Shown here piece by piece: positions 11,047-21,465 of a stretch of DNA of 64,000 bases (positions are counted from its first letter, which is position 1; each line of letters begins with the position of its first letter). The translations under genes were made by a program, and so were the position numbers. The notes under the pieces were generated by a model that searched no databases, was not told where the DNA came from, and worked only from the letters and a program-made list of their open reading frames with translations. The DNA lies in IMG/VR virus record IMGVR_UViG_3300005077_000001, positions 64,001 through 128,000 of that record; one strand, written 5' to 3'. The stretch is from a virus (Duplodnaviria; Caudoviricetes).

Positions 11047-11238
11047 ATGGTTAGTAACAGTGAGTTAGAAGCTTTGGAGTTGCTGGTAAAGGCGGGTCGT
11101 ATTGTGTCTAATGTGGCTTGGACTGATGCTGCACCTCAAGCGGCTGAGTATATTATAGACTTAGCGAAGCGTATAGTGTCAGAACGAGAGCCATCACAAG
11201 ATAATTTAAGTACATTATTAAATATGGGAGGAAATTAA
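11047..11238 (+). CDS. Small hypothetical protein
   Basis: 63 aa, preceded by AAGGAGAAAAGGA. Confidence 0.55.
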   Translation: MVSNSELEALELLVKAGRIVSNVAWTDAAPQAAEYIIDLAKRIVSEREPSQDNLSTLLNMGGN

Positions 11239-11240
11239 GA

Positions 11241-11537
11241 ATGGATTTGTAAACTGTAATTAGTGCTACTCAAGCTGGTAAACTGAATTGGTACGAAGAT
11301 AATTCTACAAGGGGCACTACGGGCCCAGCTAAAAAGTATTATCTTTGTACGTTAAATTCTTATAATTTTGATGTATCCGTATCAGATAATACTATTGAAG
11401 TCACAAAAGATAATGTAAAGGTATTTTCTGATAAAGAAGCTCAAAGTTTAGTATCAGAAATTGCTTTTTACCTAGTTTCAAAAGCAGAAACCGAGAAAGC
11501 AAGCTTGGTTGGTGCTTTAAACGACCTACTAGCATAA
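11241..11537 (+). pseudogene. 98-codon ORF with in-frame TAA at codon 4
   Basis: GGAGGA at 11227-11232, ATG GAT TTG TAA, then the same frame stays open (TVISATQAGKLNWYED...GALNDLLA) to TAA at 11535-11537, filling the gap between neighbours. Confidence 0.65.
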
Positions 11538-11568
11538 CAATAGATGTTTGTGGGGGTGGATTATATTT

Positions 11569-11594
11569 TTAACTAATTAATTAGTATAAGTAGA
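11569..11594 (+). promoter_or_regulatory. Candidate late promoter motif, copy A
   Basis: TTAACTAA-N14-TAGA, intergenic, upstream of the 11628 operon. Confidence 0.55.
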
Positions 11595-11627
11595 CTTATT
11601 CTTATTAGTTTATACAGAGGTTTTACT

Positions 11628-11945
11628 ATGTTCGTTACTCCACCCCCTCGTGACCAAGAAAATAATATATTACAAGGATATATTTCTGGAATTCCCAATG
11701 TACTTAATATTACTTGCCTTAGTGGTGTCTGGACAGAAATAAATAGTCCTTATGAAACTAAAGAGCTTCTTATTCAATCTAGAGGGTCTGTTACCTGGTA
11801 CTTTTCTAATGATGCATTGGGATTAACCTATTTTAGCTTCTATAATGGTGCAGCTTGGAAAGCGAACATAGCTTCGGTGTCAGGTACAATAGGGTACGTG
11901 AGTACAGAACAAAATACTGTAATAGAAGTTTTAATAGGGGTATAA
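11628..11945 (+). CDS. Hypothetical virion protein
   Basis: 105 aa; ISG/LSG/VSG motifs as in neighbouring genes. Confidence 0.6.
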   Translation: MFVTPPPRDQENNILQGYISGIPNVLNITCLSGVWTEINSPYETKELLIQSRGSVTWYFSNDALGLTYFSFYNGAAWKANIASVSGTIGYVSTEQNTVIEVLIGV

Positions 11946-11948
11946 TTA

Positions 11949-13685
11949 ATGGAAGTTATTGCTCCTAATACTAATATAAATACCTATACCAAAATAGAGA
12001 TTGATGCAAGAGATAACAATTTATATGATCTTATAATAACTCAATCTGGCATTGCTCATTCTTATACAAATTTATCTATTACTTCACTAAGTGGGTATTT
12101 AGTAAATTATGTAGACATTCAAGATACTAATTTTTACAATAATCTACACAATCAGCTTACCACAGCTTCCTCTTACTTATATCACCACCACACAGGCGTC
12201 TCTGGAATTCAAGTTTTTACACAATCAAATGAAATTATAATAGATGGGTCTGACCTCATCTATGATTTTATTGGTGATGGCACAAATATAAACGTGAGTT
12301 TAAGTGGGCATACTTATCAGATAAGTTATTCTGGTGATGGTATTACGGTTGGAGAAAGTGTGTTTAATGGTAGTGATGGGGCTACAATAGGGCATTTTCT
12401 TAATACAACAAACCACACAACACATATAGACATTTGTAATATATATGACTATACAGTAGAACAAATTGCTGGAGTAGGGGACTATTGGATAAAAAAAGGT
12501 TTGACAGCAGATGTTGTTTATACTACAGGTTCAGGTTCAGTAGGGATACAATTCAATTACTTATGTGCTGTTTCTGGAGTTGACATTGGTATATACACAG
12601 CTCCATCAAATTCTAAATTACCTTGTGCTGAATGTGTAGGTGATAATTTAATTGTAACTGGTCAATTACAGGATTGTAATCAAAATTCGTATATTGCTCC
12701 TCCACCTAATTATTGTCCTCCAGATATTAAATGGTTGACTGGTAGTGGTGGAATTACTGTAATGCCAGGTACCTATTTTGCTGGTGGACCCCGTATTAGT
12801 AGACAATACAAAGACTTATGCAATATAAATAATTATTGGGAAGTAGAAAATTATTTTAATATATCTATTTCTGGAAGTACAGTTGGTGGGTTAGTGAATA
12901 ATGCTTGGTATCAGTTCTATTTAACAAGCACAACTAGTGGTATATTTTTACCTATAATTAAGATAGCGAATGTCAGTTGGAATTCCCCTTATGTTGGAAT
13001 GACTACCATTAATCCTGGGAATTGTGATGACTCGTCTTATAACGACAACTATATAACGGAACATAATATTTTTAATAATTATCGTTTATATAAAATAGAT
13101 ACCGATTATACAGATGGTTACAAAATGGATGTAATTGGTTCGGTCGAGTACTCCCACGACCAGATTGTAGTAGCAGGAAACCATACAGGTGATTCAGGAG
13201 CACAGCTAGCTATTGGAGACTATCTAATTTTAGCGCCGCCGGTAGAAACAAAATCATTATATTTAGGAACAGTAAGGTTAAATTCTTTGTATAAAATATT
13301 GTCATTTGATAAAGCTGGGTGGGATTATGATTACCACAACAGATGGACTATAGCAGGGAATAAATCTACTTCACCAGGAAATACATACATAGGCAGTGTA
13401 GTACCCCCTAATGCAAGGTATGGGGATGCGATCATATTTCAACGTTCTGAAGCAAATAGTGCTAACGCTCAACTTTGTTATTTATACTATGGTAATTCAG
13501 GTACAGAGTTGAGAAAAATGTTGGAAGGGGATGAGGCGTCGGCAACTCAATACAGAACCTTCTCGTGGGATACTTCTTTATTAATGAGTTATCCTTGTTA
13601 TGTACGTAATAGTATGCAGGAGTATAGAGGAGGATGGACCTCAGCAACAGTTGGAGAATTCAATATTTATGGTTGGAGAGAGTAA
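11949..13685 (+). CDS. Fibre/decoration protein
   Basis: 578 aa, Ser/Gly/Thr/Tyr-rich; shares short segments (CAECVGDNLIVTG vs CAYCQDGNLYVTG; VTP/VAG...IGxYW/IY) with the 13686 protein. Confidence 0.6.
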   Translation: MEVIAPNTNINTYTKIEIDARDNNLYDLIITQSGIAHSYTNLSITSLSGYLVNYVDIQDTNFYNNLHNQLTTASSYLYHHHTGVSGIQVFTQSNEIIIDGSDLIYDFIGDGTNINVSLSGHTYQISYSGDGITVGESVFNGSDGATIGHFLNTTNHTTHIDICNIYDYTVEQIAGVGDYWIKKGLTADVVYTTGSGSVGIQFNYLCAVSGVDIGIYTAPSNSKLPCAECVGDNLIVTGQLQDCNQNSYIAPPPNYCPPDIKWLTGSGGITVMPGTYFAGGPRISRQYKDLCNINNYWEVENYFNISISGSTVGGLVNNAWYQFYLTSTTSGIFLPIIKIANVSWNSPYVGMTTINPGNCDDSSYNDNYITEHNIFNNYRLYKIDTDYTDGYKMDVIGSVEYSHDQIVVAGNHTGDSGAQLAIGDYLILAPPVETKSLYLGTVRLNSLYKILSFDKAGWDYDYHNRWTIAGNKSTSPGNTYIGSVVPPNARYGDAIIFQRSEANSANAQLCYLYYGNSGTELRKMLEGDEASATQYRTFSWDTSLLMSYPCYVRNSMQEYRGGWTSATVGEFNIYGWRE

Positions 13686-16600
13686 TTGACTTCTTATAGT
13701 TTATTAGATTTATATAATTTAATTCAATCAAATCCAAGTAATACTTCTTTATCTGGGATTAATGGTATTACTACGTACCTAGATGGGGGAGTGTGGTTTG
13801 TTGATGGGTCTAGTGTATCTGGAACTGGAAGTGGTGATGTAGTATTGATAGGGGAAGGTGGAATTTATGTTGAGCAAGTTGGGGATACTTGGTATATAGA
13901 TGGTACAAATATTTCTGGCACTGGAGAAGGAATCTCCATTAGTGGGTTGAATGGAATTCAAACTTCTTATAATAGTGGAACCTGGTGGATTGATGCACAA
14001 GAGATTAATCAGACTATAACTACGGCTAGTTCTTACATAATTTCTCAAATACCTAGTCTTGATGGGTATGCTACTCAAACATGGGTGAATTCAAATTTTA
14101 TTGATACAAGTGAAATAACTACGATTAGTGGAGATATAATCACCTACGTAAATAATCATTCTGCTAATGTATCTTTGTCTGGTATTGGAGGGATAGTCAC
14201 TACCCAATCTGGTTCTGTTTGGTATATAGATGCTTCTTCTGTTTCTGGAACAGGAACTGGAAGCACAACATTATCTGGAATTAATGGAGCTTCCACAAGT
14301 TTATCTGGAGGTGTTTGGTACGTTTCTGTTCCCACCTTATCAAATTATGCTACCTATTCTCAATTAACTACTACTTCTGCATATATCATTACACAAATAC
14401 TTACTTCAGCTAGTGGTATAAGCTTTAACGGGGTTGAAGTTGCAGCGGACGGTGCTACAAATACTAGTACTACTCCTGCCATACCAAGTTCAGCTAATGC
14501 TAGTTACAATTCATGGGTGACTAACTTATATGATAATAACCCATCTACTGAATGGTCTGCAATGGCCGGAACCGGTTGGGTTAGGTATGATTACGGGTTT
14601 TCAACTCCCAAAACAATAAATAAATATAGAATTCAAAGTAGACTTAGTTATGATGATTGGCCAAAGAATTGGACTATACAAGGAAGTAACGATGGTAGTA
14701 ATTGGACTACTTTACATACAGTAACTAATTCTACTCATGTTCCTATCGGTAATTATTGGTCAGAGTGGTATACTTTCTATAATCCTTCTTCCTATCGCTA
14801 TTACTTGTGGAATATTACTGCTCCTTGGAATTCAGTGACAGCAGTGGCTGAGTTTCAGATGGTGGAAGCTATAAACCCAGTTAGCTACATTTATACTTCA
14901 GCGGACACCACAGTCCATGCAGGATTAATAGCAGTCCAACAGTTTGTACCAACTCTTAGTGGAAATATATTAGCACGAGTTCCTACACTATCTGGTATAA
15001 ATGGAATCACAACGACTTTATCTGGCAATGTGTGGTACGTAAATGGAGCTTCTGTTTCTGGTACTGGAACTGGTAATATAATTTTATCAGGAACGGGAGG
15101 TATTATTACTACACAGTCTGGGAATATTTGGTATATAGATGCTTCGTCTGTTTCTGGAACAGGAACCGGGGGAAGTTCAACACTTTCTGGAGTTGGTGGT
15201 ATTTCTACAACTTTATCTGGTGGTATTTGGTATGTCGATGGGTCATCAGTACAAGGAGTTACTGGCCAGCTTGCGCCAATAGTAACAGGATCAAACACCT
15301 TTTCTGCAGATGGAACTCTTATTACTCATAATTTAAATAATATAAATCATTATACTTCTGTAACTCCCGTTGTATCTTCAGCTGAAGACGCCGCTAAAAT
15401 AGGTACAATTTATGTTGATTTAGGAGTAGATGAAGATACAATTTATTGTACCGGACAGAGCGATGCTGATGGATTACCTTTTATATGGAATGCTTCTGTT
15501 TCTGGGTATGCATTAGTATCTGGTACAGAGGGCACGTCTTTAGAGTGTGCTTATTGTCAAGATGGGAATCTTTATGTCACTGGCAGTGGTATTTTCCCAC
15601 ACGGTATTCAGGTAGGAAGTGGTACCTTATATATAACTTCGGATGGGATTAGATTTTCTGATGGGACTCAGATGACAACTGCTGTCTCACAAATTAATAT
15701 ATCGGGAACAGTTGGCATATCCACAAGTTATAGTGAAGGTATTTGGTACATACAAGGTCCTAGTTTATCAAATTATGTAACAGCTTCTACTTTGGATACC
15801 ATTTCAGGAAATATTGTATCCCAAATCCATACTGTATCAGGTACAGAAGCTTCTCAAATTAGTACAGCTCCCGGTAGAATATGGGATGGTTCTTACAACA
15901 CCAGCACTGATTATGCTACTGCTCAGATGACAGGTAATTCTTCTCCTTCCCCATATGTTGCATCCGCCAGTTCTGAGTCTACTGGATATTGGGGAGGTCA
16001 AGCATTTACAGCTTTTGACAAAGAAAGTACATTGTTTTGGCATTCACAAAATGGATTGCCAAATTGGATACAAATAGATTTAGGATCTAGTAATACAAAA
16101 GTAATTAATAAGTATAGAGTTCTTCGCCGTTCTAGTGGGGATCACACCCCTCTTACTTGGGATTTCCAGGGGAGCGATAATGCATCTGATTGGACAACTC
16201 TACATTCAGTTAGTAATATATCCTATACTGGTAACTGGACGGCTTGGCAGACATTTACCAATAGTAATTCCTATAGATACTATCGTTTTTATATTACAGC
16301 ATCCACTTCTTCCTATTCAAACATAGCTGATATTCAACTAGTTGAAGCAAATATAGTTTATACTTCTTATGATATTTTACCTAATGCAGATACTTTGGAT
16401 GTTTTTCTGGATAATATAGACAATGAATTTTATGAAATAGAAACTACAATGAGTGGTAACATAGTAGCACAGATTCCTTCATTAAGTAGTTATCCTACAT
16501 ATTCTTATCTAAATACTGTATCGGGAAACATTGTACAGCAAATACCCTCTTTAACAAATTATGTTACCTCCTCTACTTTAATTACAGTTTCTGGGAATAT

Positions 16601-18926
16601 AGTAGCACAGATTCCTTCTTTATCAGGGTATTCCACTCAGGAATGGGTACAATCTAATTACTACGACAAAAGTGCAATTACAACAATTAGTGGAGATATA
16701 GTAGCTTATGTAGGTTCAGTCTCTCTGGATCTTACAGATATTACTACTGATATATTACCAAATATGACAGGAGCTTCTGGTGTGGTTTCTGCTCATAGTA
16801 TAGGAAGTCCAACGCAGAAGTTCAGTGATCTCTATGTACACGATCTGCATGTCGATGCAGGGTCTCTTTACGTTAATGACAAGAAAGTTATAGAGGATGT
16901 ATCTGATACAATAACTATCAGAACTGATGAGGACCAGGATCTAGCTATTAAGACACTGGGTTTAGGAGATATCAACCTTCTGTCAGAGCACAGTATATCA
17001 GCCAGTTCCAAAGGGGGTATAGAATTAATAGTCCCTTCTACTCAAGCTGGAAAGGATATTGATTTATCAAACAGCTCTACTGGTGGAGGCGTTTATGTTA
17101 CAGCGGGCGGGGCTAATCAAAGTGTAGAGATTCTCGCCTTTGATGAGGTTAATATAACTGCCGAAACTATGACAGTTAATGCAGCTATTTCTACTCCAGA
17201 AGTTATATCTGCTTCAGGTATAAGGTTTCCAGACAATTCTACTATGTATACTAGTCCCTCTTTAACTGGTTATGCTACACAGAGTGATTTGGCGACCTTA
17301 TCAGGAAATATTTCTTTACAAATTCCATCGCTATCTGATTATGTTAGTTATTCTTATTTAAATACAGTTTCTGGTAACATTATATCCCAGATCCCTTCAT
17401 TAACAAATTATGTTACTCTTACTAAACTTACCACTACTAGTGGAGATATAGTAGATCAATTTCCGTCTCTTACTGGCTATGCCACAGAAAGTTGGGTTAA
17501 TTCTAACTTTTTAGATTCATCCGAGATTTCTACGCTAAGCGGAGTTCTCTCAGAGCAGATACCATCGTTAGATGGTTATGCAACTGAGACATGGGTTAAT
17601 TCTCAATTAGAATCTTTTTCTCCTGGAAGCGGAGATAACGGTATCTCTTCTACCTCTTCTGGCATCGCTGCTCAATCTCTTTCTGATTACACTGTGGTGT
17701 ATGCTGACTCCAGTAATTCTGGTTATTTAAATTTAGCACACTATGACCAAACAGAAGCGAAAGCCAGTGCATTCGCAATAGTCACTCAGTCTGGAGGTTT
17801 AGAACAGGACCAAACAGGAGAAATAACTTTATTTGGAAAAGTATCTAACCCAGCTTGGAATTGGCCGCCCAACACAGATTTATGGTTATCTAGTTCGGGA
17901 ACACTTACTACTACGAAACCTACAGCGGTTAATACTTATGCTGTTCCTATGGGCCATTCTATGATGATCCCACAAGATATTTGGTTTAATCCACAAACTG
18001 GGTGGAAAATAGGAGCCAGTTCTATTTTTGTGGGTGGGCCTCTATGTAGAAGTGCTGTGGAGGGTAGAATAGATATTAACTCTCCTACTGCTTCTGGTAC
18101 TGGTTCTTCTTTGATTTGGACTCCGGTGGCGGGCTACGGAATAGGATTATGGAATGGTTATGAGTGGCGCTTAGTTACTCCTTCTACGATTCCAACTTTT
18201 GATTACACAGGTACAGTATTAAATGGTACCACAACTTCGGGTGGAATAAATTATGATTTATTCGCTGAATATGTAAGTGATGATAGTTTCAATATTGTAG
18301 CGGTTGCATGGGCGGGGGATACTACAAGAAGTTTAGCATTAGGGCAATGGCAAGGTACTTATGTTTATGATTCAACAACAGATGTAGGAAGAAAAAGAAG
18401 ATTCTTGGGAACAGTCAGAAGAAGGTCTACTTATAACTTAGAGTGGGTTGACTCTAAGCAACAACGATTGGTATTAAATAGGTATAACAAAATTAGGAAG
18501 CCTTTTGGATACACTAATATTTATTCTACAAATAGGAGTGACACTAACATTGGCACTTCTTGGCTTTCATGGGATGGGAATGGAGATATATGGAAAAGTG
18601 AAGCATTAACTTCAGGTGATGAAAAAGTCAGCATTATTGCTTCGGCATATCTTGCTCCTGCTATTTCTCAGTCAATGAATCTTTCTGTTGGGTTAGATGC
18701 TAAAACTCCTTCATCAGCTGCAAGTGCACCACATCTTTTTTCAGGTAACCAAACACAACCTATGGGCGCTTCCTTGGCTGCGGCTTACGTAGACAATACT
18801 AGTGCTGGATATCATTATTGGTATCCATTGGTGATAGGCACAACTACAAACCAAACTATTTTTTATTATTATACAGCTACTGGTGCTTTTTTACGAGCTA
18901 CTTTTCAAGGAGATTTAAAATGTTAA
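13686..18926 (+). CDS. Large fibre protein with two F5/8 type C (discoidin-like) domains and multiple repeats
   Basis: 1746 aa, TTG start. Two copies of W(V/I)x(Y/I)D...(T/V)INKYR...P(K/L)(N/T)W(T/D)(I/F)QGS...WTTLH at about 14450-14870 and 15900-16350; LSGxxGIxTxxxGxxWY(I/V)D repeats; QIPSL repeats; shared C-terminal domain. Confidence 0.8.
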   Translation: MTSYSLLDLYNLIQSNPSNTSLSGINGITTYLDGGVWFVDGSSVSGTGSGDVVLIGEGGIYVEQVGDTWYIDGTNISGTGEGISISGLNGIQTSYNSGTWWIDAQEINQTITTASSYIISQIPSLDGYATQTWVNSNFIDTSEITTISGDIITYVNNHSANVSLSGIGGIVTTQSGSVWYIDASSVSGTGTGSTTLSGINGASTSLSGGVWYVSVPTLSNYATYSQLTTTSAYIITQILTSASGISFNGVEVAADGATNTSTTPAIPSSANASYNSWVTNLYDNNPSTEWSAMAGTGWVRYDYGFSTPKTINKYRIQSRLSYDDWPKNWTIQGSNDGSNWTTLHTVTNSTHVPIGNYWSEWYTFYNPSSYRYYLWNITAPWNSVTAVAEFQMVEAINPVSYIYTSADTTVHAGLIAVQQFVPTLSGNILARVPTLSGINGITTTLSGNVWYVNGASVSGTGTGNIILSGTGGIITTQSGNIWYIDASSVSGTGTGGSSTLSGVGGISTTLSGGIWYVDGSSVQGVTGQLAPIVTGSNTFSADGTLITHNLNNINHYTSVTPVVSSAEDAAKIGTIYVDLGVDEDTIYCTGQSDADGLPFIWNASVSGYALVSGTEGTSLECAYCQDGNLYVTGSGIFPHGIQVGSGTLYITSDGIRFSDGTQMTTAVSQINISGTVGISTSYSEGIWYIQGPSLSNYVTASTLDTISGNIVSQIHTVSGTEASQISTAPGRIWDGSYNTSTDYATAQMTGNSSPSPYVASASSESTGYWGGQAFTAFDKESTLFWHSQNGLPNWIQIDLGSSNTKVINKYRVLRRSSGDHTPLTWDFQGSDNASDWTTLHSVSNISYTGNWTAWQTFTNSNSYRYYRFYITASTSSYSNIADIQLVEANIVYTSYDILPNADTLDVFLDNIDNEFYEIETTMSGNIVAQIPSLSSYPTYSYLNTVSGNIVQQIPSLTNYVTSSTLITVSGNIVAQIPSLSGYSTQEWVQSNYYDKSAITTISGDIVAYVGSVSLDLTDITTDILPNMTGASGVVSAHSIGSPTQKFSDLYVHDLHVDAGSLYVNDKKVIEDVSDTITIRTDEDQDLAIKTLGLGDINLLSEHSISASSKGGIELIVPSTQAGKDIDLSNSSTGGGVYVTAGGANQSVEILAFDEVNITAETMTVNAAISTPEVISASGIRFPDNSTMYTSPSLTGYATQSDLATLSGNISLQIPSLSDYVSYSYLNTVSGNIISQIPSLTNYVTLTKLTTTSGDIVDQFPSLTGYATESWVNSNFLDSSEISTLSGVLSEQIPSLDGYATETWVNSQLESFSPGSGDNGISSTSSGIAAQSLSDYTVVYADSSNSGYLNLAHYDQTEAKASAFAIVTQSGGLEQDQTGEITLFGKVSNPAWNWPPNTDLWLSSSGTLTTTKPTAVNTYAVPMGHSMMIPQDIWFNPQTGWKIGASSIFVGGPLCRSAVEGRIDINSPTASGTGSSLIWTPVAGYGIGLWNGYEWRLVTPSTIPTFDYTGTVLNGTTTSGGINYDLFAEYVSDDSFNIVAVAWAGDTTRSLALGQWQGTYVYDSTTDVGRKRRFLGTVRRRSTYNLEWVDSKQQRLVLNRYNKIRKPFGYTNIYSTNRSDTNIGTSWLSWDGNGDIWKSEALTSGDEKVSIIASAYLAPAISQSMNLSVGLDAKTPSSAASAPHLFSGNQTQPMGASLAAAYVDNTSAGYHYWYPLVIGTTTNQTIFYYYTATGAFLRATFQGDLKC

Positions 18927-18936
18927 GGATATTAAA

Positions 18937-19692
18937 ATGTCAATAATTTCATCTACAATTGGTCAATCATATCCATATCAAATGTATAGAAAAAGGAAAT
19001 ATACTCAAGATGAGGATTTTTTTGATACTCCAAATATATTGAATTCTTTTATTGCTGGATTTATAGCAGCGGACGGAAATGTTAGAAGAAAAAGTGGTTC
19101 TTCAAATAATTCAACTTTATCAATTAATATATCAAAAAAAGATATAGATTATTTAAGAAACATTAAAATGATAACAAAAGCTTCTTCACCTATTACATTT
19201 AGATCTCGTTTAACTTGTTGTGGTAATGAAATTGATCTTATTGATTGGCATGTATACTCTAGAAAGTGGTTAAATGATCTAGAGAGTAATTTTGGTATTG
19301 TTGAAAATAAAAGACGTAATAGCATAGCTCCTATAAAATTGGTTGGTGAAAATCGTTTGGCTTTTATAATTGGGTATATAGATGGGGATGGTTGTATTAC
19401 CGTATTAAAGTATAAATATGGAAAAAATAAGGATTTGGTGTACAAAAGTCTTAGAATTGGTATTGCTGGTCAGGAACCGATGCTATTATGGATAAAAGAT
19501 GTTTTTGATGAGATTTGTCCACCTACTAACAAAATCTCTAATGTATTAAAACACACAGCATCAAATTCTTATGCTTATATACTAGCTGGTGAAAGAGCTA
19601 GACGGATTTATGAAATTCTTGAACCAATTAAATTACCAAAAATGGATAGAAAATGGTCTAGAACTAGACTAATTGAATTAGGAGTCTTGTAA
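18937..19692 (+). mobile_element. Free-standing LAGLIDADG homing endonuclease (no Myb-like repeats)
   Basis: FIAGFIAADGNV and FIIGYIDGDGCI; the first 16 aa resemble the start of the downstream gene. Confidence 0.85.
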
Positions 19693-21461
19693 TGTCAATA
19701 ATAACTTCTCCAATAGGAAGCGATTACCCATTTGGTATGAATGCAGATGTATCTCTTACTAGAACTTCAGCATCTGGTATTCAATTAGCTGGTGTCTATG
19801 GTTCTAGTGGAAGAATATTTATAAGAGATGTTGTTATAGATTGTAATAATCCATTAGTAATTTATACAAACTCTTCTAATGATTATATTATCACTGGGAC
19901 ATCTGTGGTAACTAAAGGTGGAGCATTCTCTACTTTAACATCTGGCTATTCAGACTATTCCCTACTTTATGTATACTTGTGTAATTACAGTGCTTGTTGG
20001 AATTTTTCTGGGTATAACAGACAGGGACAGTTAATCATTTCGTCCACCGCCCCACAAAATAGTGGGTATATGTATGATTATGGAGATGGAGCCAATGCTC
20101 GCCATGTAGGGTGGGTTACATTAAACACTAGTAGACAAATGGACCATAATTTAAGTATTGCTTCGGTATTTAATCCAATACCTCAGACTGTTCAATTAAT
20201 TGGAACTGATGCTGGATGGACAGGTATTAATACGGGAAGTAATTATTACACAACCATCCCTGGGTGTAGCACTAGAATAATAGTCCCTATTAATACTGAA
20301 TATGATATAAAAGGATCAAGTGCTTTTTATAATGATCATGGTACACTAGTAGCGGTAGATTTAAGAACATATGTAGATTCTTCACTTAAACATATTGGTT
20401 GGTTAGGTAATGTTAATAATGCAGGAGGCTACACAAGGCTGGGTACTTCGCATACCTTTTTTAATGAAACTGTTACTTCTGGAACATCTATAAAATTGAT
20501 TGAATTGAAATGGCTAACTAGCGGTGGCGGGGCTCCTCAGTACTACGGCCCATTTAGCTATTTACAGATAGATAGAAAAACTCCCTCTCAGCAATCTGGG
20601 TTCACCCGTAATTATACCTCTGATTATGAGTCTATTGCAAGAACTACCAATGGAGGGCGGCTGGAATACGTAAGCACAACCAGTTTAGAGTGGCAACCTC
20701 ACACTAATGGATCAATAGGGTTATATAATGGATTGAATTGGGTAATTTGTACACCCTCAACAAACCCATCTTTAGCAAACAATGCTACAACCATAAGTGG
20801 GGCGGCTCTAACCTATGATAAAAACTATGATATATTTGCTCGGTACATATCTGAGACTTCTCTTACTTTGGAGGCTCAAGAGTGGGCTACAAACACAGGA
20901 AGATATACTGTACCGTCTAGGTTTCAAGGTATACTAGTAGAGAATTCTACAACTGATTTAGGTAGACAAAGGAGATTTTTAGGTACGGTTAGATTAATAA
21001 ATTCTTCTGGTGCTAAATTTGTTGACAGTGAAACAAGACGGTATGTTTCTAACTATTATAATAGAAAACAACAATATCTATATTTGTTTGTGTCTGGTGG
21101 GGGTACCACTTTTAACAGCTTAAATCTAGCTCTTTGGACTAATTGGGCATCTCCTGGTATTGCTTTAGTTATATGTGATACTGCTGTCATTAATGTAATT
21201 GGTGAGGGTCAGGCTAACACAACTTCGGATTCCCGTAGACCACAGTATAGTATATACTATGATGGGGCTATTTCAGGGGATTCTGCTTATAATGGGTGGG
21301 ATGCCAACACTTGGAATAAACAAAATTCTATATTATCAACTACTGTAAGTGGAGTTGCAGGTTATCATTATTTTGATTTTTATAAGTGCCTTAATGGTTC
21401 TTCCACTTCTAATACATCTGCTCAATGGGGTGCTTACTTACGAGGAACATTTACGGGGTAA
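19692..21461 (+). CDS. Fibre/decoration protein
   Basis: 589 aa; second half holds the shared GGRL...IGLYNG...NYDIFA...RRFLGTVR...FVDS...NYYN domain. Confidence 0.7.
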   Translation: MSIITSPIGSDYPFGMNADVSLTRTSASGIQLAGVYGSSGRIFIRDVVIDCNNPLVIYTNSSNDYIITGTSVVTKGGAFSTLTSGYSDYSLLYVYLCNYSACWNFSGYNRQGQLIISSTAPQNSGYMYDYGDGANARHVGWVTLNTSRQMDHNLSIASVFNPIPQTVQLIGTDAGWTGINTGSNYYTTIPGCSTRIIVPINTEYDIKGSSAFYNDHGTLVAVDLRTYVDSSLKHIGWLGNVNNAGGYTRLGTSHTFFNETVTSGTSIKLIELKWLTSGGGAPQYYGPFSYLQIDRKTPSQQSGFTRNYTSDYESIARTTNGGRLEYVSTTSLEWQPHTNGSIGLYNGLNWVICTPSTNPSLANNATTISGAALTYDKNYDIFARYISETSLTLEAQEWATNTGRYTVPSRFQGILVENSTTDLGRQRRFLGTVRLINSSGAKFVDSETRRYVSNYYNRKQQYLYLFVSGGGTTFNSLNLALWTNWASPGIALVICDTAVINVIGEGQANTTSDSRRPQYSIYYDGAISGDSAYNGWDANTWNKQNSILSTTVSGVAGYHYFDFYKCLNGSSTSNTSAQWGAYLRGTFTG

Positions 21462-21465
21462 ATTT

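Larger units (their letters stand above)
4973..17600 (+). repeat. Dispersed peptide repeat Q(I/F)PSL(S/T/D)x(Y)(A/V/P)Txx(W/Y) shared by three decoration genes
   Basis: Four copies at about 4973-5340, one at about 8408, and eight or more between about 14046 and 17600. Confidence 0.8.

Noticed and set aside
10995-11080. Small ORF MVFYQPKNKKRRKG after AGGAGGT
   Set aside because: The SD-like sequence abuts the ATG with no spacer, and the ORF overlaps the better-supported 11047 gene.
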